Both the position numbers and the translations under genes were made by a program. 64,000 nt of DNA from Thermodesulfobacteriota bacterium (lineage in GTDB: Bacteria; Desulfobacterota; Desulfobacteria; Desulfobacterales; SURF-7): positions 1 to 64,000 of the forward strand of contig JBMORA010000039.1 in assembly GCA_049320885.1 (NCBI GenBank). The letters are read 5' to 3'. Every line of letters starts with the position of its first letter. The stretch's first letter is position 1. The notes beneath the pieces were generated by a model, which was not told the origin of the DNA, did no database searches, and worked only from the letters and a program-made list of their open reading frames with translations. Of the stretch, positions 58,398-64,000 are shown piece by piece.

Positions 58398-59561
58398 TTG
58401 AGGATTCCCGATACGCGGGTTGAAATCGATCTGAGCAGAATCGCGCACAATACGAAAATGTTGCGCAAGATCACCTTGCCCCGGGCCCGTCTGATGGCGG
58501 TTGTCAAGGCCGATGCCTACGGGCATGGCGCGGCGGCGGTGGCCGGGTGCGCCATTCAATATGGCGCCGACACCCTGGGAGTCGCCCGGATCCGGGAAGC
58601 CGCGGCGCTGCGGGAAGCGGGCCTGACGGCGCCGATTCTGGTGTTCGGCCACACCCCGCCTGAAATAACGGAACAACTGATTCATCATGAATTGATCCAG
58701 ACGGTTTTCGCTACTCGCGACGCATATGCCTATGACCGGGCCGCGGGGCTGCTGGGCAAAAAACTGCCCGTTCATCTCAAGATCGATACGGGCATGGGCC
58801 GCCTGGGATTTTGCGGAATAGCTTCCCGGCGGGACATGGAAGGGAGGCGCACCATCCAGGACCTCCTCGGCGCGATCGAAACCATCGCCCGTCTCCCCCA
58901 TCTTGTCCTGGATGGAATGTACACCCATTTCGCCGCCGCAGATGAAGCGGACAAGACCTCGGCCCTGGGCCAGCTGGAATATTTCACAACCTTGATCCGG
59001 GCATTGGAAGGCCGGGCCATCGAAATCCCGGTCAAGCACGCCGCCAACAGCGCCGCCATCCTCGATCTGCCGCAAAGTCATCTGGACATGGTACGGGCGG
59101 GGATTGCATTATACGGCCTGTATCCGTCCGACCAGGTGAACCGGCAGACCGTTTCCTTGCTTCCGGCCATGGCCTTCAAATCCAGGATTATCCAGGTGAA
59201 GAAGGTCCCAGCGGGATTCCGGGTCAGCTATGGGGGGGATTATAGTGCTCCCGCAGCCACTTCCATCGCCACGGTGCCGGTGGGATATGCGGACGGTCTG
59301 AACCGCCGGCTTTCCTCCCGTGGCGTCATGCTGGTGCACGGCCGGCGGGCGCCCATTGCCGGACGGGTATGCATGGATCTCACCATGCTGGATGTGGGCC
59401 AAATCCCGGATGTGGCTCCGGGAGACGAGGTGGTAATTTTCGGCCGCCAGGGAGAGGCGTTCATCTCCGCGGATGAAGTGGCGGCATCCCTGAATACGAT
59501 CAACTATGAAATTGTTTCCACCATTGCCCAACGGGTGCCTAGGGTTTATCAGGACCCGTGA
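58398..59561 (+). CDS. alr: Alanine racemase
   Basis: AVVKADAYGHG (PLP lysine), HLKIDTGMGRLG, YTHFA, HAANSA, VSYG, VGYADG, GRVCMD, TINYE. Start is TTG 58398 or ATG 58386. Confidence 0.95.
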   Translation: MRIPDTRVEIDLSRIAHNTKMLRKITLPRARLMAVVKADAYGHGAAAVAGCAIQYGADTLGVARIREAAALREAGLTAPILVFGHTPPEITEQLIHHELIQTVFATRDAYAYDRAAGLLGKKLPVHLKIDTGMGRLGFCGIASRRDMEGRRTIQDLLGAIETIARLPHLVLDGMYTHFAAADEADKTSALGQLEYFTTLIRALEGRAIEIPVKHAANSAAILDLPQSHLDMVRAGIALYGLYPSDQVNRQTVSLLPAMAFKSRIIQVKKVPAGFRVSYGGDYSAPAATSIATVPVGYADGLNRRLSSRGVMLVHGRRAPIAGRVCMDLTMLDVGQIPDVAPGDEVVIFGRQGEAFISADEVAASLNTINYEIVSTIAQRVPRVYQDP

Positions 59562-59591
59562 ACAAGCACCATCGGTATGTTTTGGATTCTT

Positions 59592-60302
59592 CTATTCCAT
59601 TGTGCGGGCAATATAGGCTTTTATTTTTTTGAAATACGGCCCCGCGGAATGGACCAGATCCCCCAGCTCCGGCAACAGTCTTCCCGAATAATCATAACAG
59701 GTTGGAAAGAGGCAATAGGTGGGAACGGCGGCCACGATGGCGATCCCCTCCCAACTGGAAAAACCGTATTCCATATACAGGTGATAGGCAACCACGGCGG
59801 TCAAAACCGGGCCCCAGAGCAGGGCTTTCCCCATGACCCCCCGGGATAGATAGAAGTGCCGGTTGATATGAAAGAAGCTGCCCAGCGCGCCGAGCCCCAG
59901 GCAGATGACAAAGGCCGCCAGGGTCGCATCGCCTGCAAGGTACCAGGATTCGTAATCGAGAATTTCATTTATTATTTCTGCGCGTTGTGGAAAAAATTCC
60001 AGGTATTGCCGCCCCATTAGCGTTTGAATATACAGCTTCCAGAGGATATAGGCGGCATATAACAGCAGGGTGCTCACGAGCCAGACCGCAGTGACCAGTA
60101 TCGCCGCTTCCACCGCAATGCTGGTGAATCTGCGCAGATAGAGAATAACGACATGCCGGATGGAAAAAAAACGGCGGGAGGCCAGAAAACGATCCACCCG
60201 GATTTCGACATTCAGCAGCCGGATAACGTCTTTGAAAAAAATAGCGATACCGGAGGAGGATTCCGCTCGCACGGTTTTATAACTAGAGTCAAGAGCCATC
60301 AT
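59592..60302 (-). CDS. Hypothetical membrane protein (about 4 TM segments)
   Basis: Hydrophobic segments AAILVTAVWLVSTLLLYAAYILW, ATLAAFVICLGLGALG, LLWGPVLTAVVAY, IAIVAAVP; start overlaps the HD gene stop. Confidence 0.65.
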   Translation of the reverse strand: MMALDSSYKTVRAESSSGIAIFFKDVIRLLNVEIRVDRFLASRRFFSIRHVVILYLRRFTSIAVEAAILVTAVWLVSTLLLYAAYILWKLYIQTLMGRQYLEFFPQRAEIINEILDYESWYLAGDATLAAFVICLGLGALGSFFHINRHFYLSRGVMGKALLWGPVLTAVVAYHLYMEYGFSSWEGIAIVAAVPTYCLFPTCYDYSGRLLPELGDLVHSAGPYFKKIKAYIARTME

Positions 60303-61083
60303 GTCCCCTCTCCGGGCCGGCGTCCAGGTACTCCGCGAATTCCGTCCGAATGACCTCATACAATTCCGCCCCGATGGTCAAACCGGTGTCGATGAACAGG
60401 GGGCCGTATTTTTTCCCGGTTTTCGTGCGGAAAGTGTCTTTGATTTTAGCCAGTCCCTTGATGCCCTTGGGATACAGGCGGAAAAAGGTGGAAACCGGGG
60501 TGCGGGAGATCATCAGCATGTCCCAGACCGTATGGGTGAAATTATCCGGACCCCAGCGGAATTTGTCGGCGTCGTACAGACAGTCGGATACCAGCGCTCC
60601 CCGGAGGGTTTTGATTTCCACCGGGCTCTTAAAAGCTTCATGATTGCTGATGGCGTTGGAAATGTCGTCGATTTCGTTTTTGTCAAAACAGGCGAAGGCC
60701 CGCAATGTTTCCCGGGCGAAGAGGGCGCCTTTTTCCGCATGGGATTGCTGATCCCGCTTGATATCATGGAACAAGCCGGAACACTGGGCCAGTAAAACCC
60801 GGCGGTCGATATCCTTTCGGGAATATCCGGCCTCTTCCCCTTCGATGATGATCAGGGAACCGGCGTCGAGGGTCACCTTGACGGCATGATCCAGCCCATG
60901 GCCGAGGTTCTCGCCGATGGTTTCCGCTATGAAATCCTTTATTGCATTAATGACGGGATTGGTTTGGAAAAACCGGCGGGATTGTTCCACGGCCAGCGGA
61001 AAATCGGTGTAAAACGGTTGCACCGGGAAGCGGGCCACGATCTCCCTGGCGCGGTTGCGAATCAGTCGGTATACGTCGTCCAT
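60289..61083 (-). CDS. HD-domain phosphohydrolase
   Basis: GHGLDHAVKV...GLFHDIKR...SHAEKG...ISNH...LYDADKF. Confidence 0.8.
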   Translation of the reverse strand: MDDVYRLIRNRAREIVARFPVQPFYTDFPLAVEQSRRFFQTNPVINAIKDFIAETIGENLGHGLDHAVKVTLDAGSLIIIEGEEAGYSRKDIDRRVLLAQCSGLFHDIKRDQQSHAEKGALFARETLRAFACFDKNEIDDISNAISNHEAFKSPVEIKTLRGALVSDCLYDADKFRWGPDNFTHTVWDMLMISRTPVSTFFRLYPKGIKGLAKIKDTFRTKTGKKYGPLFIDTGLTIGAELYEVIRTEFAEYLDAGPERGHDGS

Positions 61084-61181
61084 GCAATAAAAATATCATG
61101 GGGTCAGCGGCGAGACAAGTATTATTCAGGCTGGGACCGGACCGGCGATGGCTGGCCATAACAGCAGAAGGAATCCACCTT

Positions 61182-62474
61182 TCAACGCAAGCGCGCCTGG
61201 ATCAATTTCAAATTGGCCTCCAATAGCTGCACGGTCTTGTTCATGAGGAATTCCCGTAAAAATTTCACTTGAACAGCCTCCCCGGCCTGGTTCAGGACAT
61301 TGGCGTTCAGGGCCATGACGACGCAGTCGGTTTCGGCTTTCAATTTGGCCTTGCGCGGCATTCCGTGGATGACGGCGGATTCGCCGAAGCACTCCCCTGC
61401 TTTCAGCTGCCGCTGTTCTCCACCCAGGTGGATACTCGCCTTTCCCAGCACCAGGATATAAATGTTGCGATCGCAATCGGTCTCTTCCACGATCCAGGTT
61501 TGTTCCGGATAAAATCCCCAGGAGGAGATGCGCAGCACCTCCTTGAGATCGGCGGCCTGAAAATGCCGGAACAACGCCAGGCGTTTCAGGTAGGACATCT
61601 TTTTTTGATCCTGTTGGTCCAGAACGATGGAATCCCGGCCTTTGATAAAGGGCAGCAGGGCCTCGGCAAAGGCTTTGGCTGTGGGAAAGCGTTCGTCCGG
61701 TTTTTTTTGAAGAGCTTTGCGGATCACTCCGGCAAGGTCCGGGGGGATATCCGGCGCAACGGCATCCAGGGGCGGCGGCTCCTGATGCATGATTTGATAC
61801 AGAATTTGCAGGGCCCCTTCGCCTTCGAAAGGCCGCCTGCCGCTGAGAAGTTGATAGGCCACCACCCCCAGGGAGAAGATATCCGAGCGGCAGGACAATT
61901 CCTCCCCCGGGATGGTTTGCTCCGGGGACATGTAATACAGGGAACCGGAGACGGCGTCATTTTCCGGCGGCCCCTCCTTCAGCAGTCTGGAAATACCGAA
62001 ATCCATCAGCTTGACATCGCCCGTGCGGGTGATCATGATGTTCGACGGCTTGATGTCAAGGTGGACATAGCCTTTGGAATGGATGTATTCCAGGGCATAG
62101 CAGGCGCCGTATAAGGCCTCGAGCACTTGAAGGCGGGGGAGTTGGTCCCCCGGCCGCACATGCATGTGCAGGCCTTCGCCTTCAATGCATTCCATGGCCA
62201 TGTAAAACAGATTGTGTTCAAAACCCGCATCATAGGTGATGGCGATGTTCGGATGAATGAACTGGGCCGCCAGCCGTGCCTCCTTAAGGCATTTGCCGCG
62301 CTGATCTTCATCCTTGCCCTGAATGCCCATGGCTGCGGGGTTGATCACTTTCAAGGCCACCTGGCGTTCCAGCATCGGATCGAATGCCTTGTAGACCTTT
62401 CCGAAGCCGCCTTTTCCCAGGGGCGCCGTCACCTGATAACGGCCGATGGTTCTGCCCGATTGTTCATTGGTCAT
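61182..62474 (-). CDS. Hanks-type Ser/Thr protein kinase with a C-terminal cyclic-nucleotide-binding domain
   Basis: LGKGGFGKV, VALK, HPNI, VHLDIKPSN, DFG, YMSPEQ, SDIFSLG; cNMP domain LALFRHF...GECFGE...PRKA. Confidence 0.9.
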   Translation of the reverse strand: MTNEQSGRTIGRYQVTAPLGKGGFGKVYKAFDPMLERQVALKVINPAAMGIQGKDEDQRGKCLKEARLAAQFIHPNIAITYDAGFEHNLFYMAMECIEGEGLHMHVRPGDQLPRLQVLEALYGACYALEYIHSKGYVHLDIKPSNIMITRTGDVKLMDFGISRLLKEGPPENDAVSGSLYYMSPEQTIPGEELSCRSDIFSLGVVAYQLLSGRRPFEGEGALQILYQIMHQEPPPLDAVAPDIPPDLAGVIRKALQKKPDERFPTAKAFAEALLPFIKGRDSIVLDQQDQKKMSYLKRLALFRHFQAADLKEVLRISSWGFYPEQTWIVEETDCDRNIYILVLGKASIHLGGEQRQLKAGECFGESAVIHGMPRKAKLKAETDCVVMALNANVLNQAGEAVQVKFLREFLMNKTVQLLEANLKLIQARLR

Positions 62475-62482
62475 CGTCAGCC

Positions 62483-63895
62483 CTAAAAATGATATCCAAC
62501 GGTCAGGCCGAAACCCCAGATGCAGCCGCCGGCGCTCAGTTCCACCGGCGAGCCGCCATAGGATTCGTTGAGGGTTTCGCTTTCGCCGCCGAGTACTCGA
62601 TCCATTTCGGTGACCGTATATTGGACGGCGCCGTCCACGGTCCAGTTCTTCAGGTGCAGCCCGGCGCCCACGGAATAGGTTTTTTTGTCCGCGTCGGCCC
62701 ACAGGGTATCGAAGGTGTTGTCAGGCACCGGGGAGGGGTCATAGAAATATCCGCAACGCAGGCTGAGCAGGTCGTGGGCCCGCCATTCCAGCCCCATGCG
62801 CAGCTGGGTGGTGTCGCGCCAGAAACGCGCATTTTCGGCGCTGGATTGTCCCAGGAACAGGGCGTCGAAATAGGTGGTTTCATGTTCCACGGCGCTCCAG
62901 TTGGTCCAGACCACGTCCACTTCGTAAGACACTTTTTCCGTCAGCATGTATCGGACACCGAGCTGAAGTTGATCCGGAGCATCAATGTCATTAACCGTTC
63001 CCGTGGCGCTGCTCTGAATTCCCAGCGGAGCCAGCGCCGAAAGGGCCTGCATCTGGGCGCCGCTTCCCTTGTATTCCACATCTCCCTCCAGGCTGGTGCT
63101 GGCCTTGCTGCGGTAGGTCAGACCGAAGGTCAGGGCTTCCACTGGCCGGTACATCACCCCCAGATTGACGGAATAATTGAAATCATCCTTCAGGTCGGCC
63201 TCGATGTCGCCGTTTGCCAGCGATTGGGCTGCGCCCATGGCCGCCGCGATTTGCGCTGGCGGAAGCCCCATCATGGTCATTTGCTGGCCGATTCCGTAGG
63301 CCAGCATATTGGCGTTGGCCTGGGAAAGCTTGTATTTGGCGCCTGATGAGGTTTGACCCAGGGCCACGCCGAGGCCCACCGAGAGCTTGTCGCTTACCTG
63401 ATAGGCCACGGTGGGCGTGGCCACGGTCCGGGCATACCAGGATTCATAGGAATTGTAGGCGCCGGGATTGCGGCCGGGATCCTTGGACCATTCCAGTTTG
63501 AGGCCGTAAGGCGAATACAAAGCCGCCCCGATGACGAATTTACCGGCCACCGGCACGGCAAAACCAGCATGGGGGTCAAATAGCATGGGGCCATCATCGG
63601 CGATATTGGCCGGTCCCTGCTGTCCGGTTCCGAGACCCGGATTGGCCTCCACGGTATAGTTCCGCGCGGTCAATACGGGATCAATGGCGGTAATGCCCGC
63701 GGCAACAGAAGCTCCCTTCAGCTGCATCAGACCGGCGGGGTTGTAATGGATGGCGAACACATTGTCGGCGTGGGCGGCGAAAGCCCCTCCCAGGGCCGTC
63801 GCCTTGGCACCGATGCCGTAAGTGTCCACGTTACCGGCGTAAGCATTACCGATCAGCAGGAACGATACCGACAGAAAAACGAGCGCCTGTTTCAT
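62483..63895 (-). CDS. fadL: OmpP1/FadL-family outer-membrane long-chain fatty acid / hydrophobic compound transporter
   Basis: GIGAKATALGGA, HYNPAGL, SPYGL, PTVAYQVSDKLSVGLG, WTNWS, DPSPVPD, terminal GYHF. AGGAGG RBS. Confidence 0.88.
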   Translation of the reverse strand: MKQALVFLSVSFLLIGNAYAGNVDTYGIGAKATALGGAFAAHADNVFAIHYNPAGLMQLKGASVAAGITAIDPVLTARNYTVEANPGLGTGQQGPANIADDGPMLFDPHAGFAVPVAGKFVIGAALYSPYGLKLEWSKDPGRNPGAYNSYESWYARTVATPTVAYQVSDKLSVGLGVALGQTSSGAKYKLSQANANMLAYGIGQQMTMMGLPPAQIAAAMGAAQSLANGDIEADLKDDFNYSVNLGVMYRPVEALTFGLTYRSKASTSLEGDVEYKGSGAQMQALSALAPLGIQSSATGTVNDIDAPDQLQLGVRYMLTEKVSYEVDVVWTNWSAVEHETTYFDALFLGQSSAENARFWRDTTQLRMGLEWRAHDLLSLRCGYFYDPSPVPDNTFDTLWADADKKTYSVGAGLHLKNWTVDGAVQYTVTEMDRVLGGESETLNESYGGSPVELSAGGCIWGFGLTVGYHF

Positions 63896-64000
63896 GATGA
63901 TCCTCCTTTTTGGGAAAAGCATAACGATGGGAACGAACGAATGACAACTGATGGTGTTGGGGATTACAATACCGGCAAAAAAAGGAAATCTCCGGTCATA

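Overview
Chromosomal segment of a sulfate-reducing Desulfobacterota bacterium (Desulfobacterales-like; inferred from aprBA-qmoABC and gene style). Left to right: two cytoplasmic multi-PAS signalling genes flanking a solitary periplasmic binding protein; a CBS protein plus a two-domain left-handed beta-helix protein with gamma-carbonic-anhydrase-like motifs; a six-gene Hyf/Ehr-type complex whose large subunit lacks the NiFe cysteines, followed directly by a plant-HPR1-like glycerate dehydrogenase; an RlmK-like methyltransferase; qmoCBA and aprAB; three YkgJ-type Cys-cluster proteins around an atypical SDR; dGTPase, HsdR_N-like protein, deaminase and PilZ; a housekeeping translation block (infC with probable ATA start, rpmI, rplT, pheST, MerR, tRNA-Gly(CCC), rimP, nusA, infB, DUF503, rbfA, nrnA-like, truB, rpsO, pnp, M16 peptidase, dut, MBL hydrolase); PilZ and DUF362; then an accessory cell-surface island (DUF2723/TMEM260-like GT-C enzyme, Thr-Gly-repeat Ig-like lipoprotein with a structured leader, OM beta-barrel, two tandem sigma54-driven PEP-CTERM-type proteins); alr; and a FadL / kinase-cNMP / HD / membrane protein cluster. 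No CRISPR array, transposase, integrase or reverse transcriptase was recognised. All family calls come from reading motifs by eye, not database searches. The best candidates for undescribed biology are the 51.7-58.3 kb surface/glycosylation island and the 5.5-16 kb gamma-CA-like / HPR / Ehr neighbourhood.
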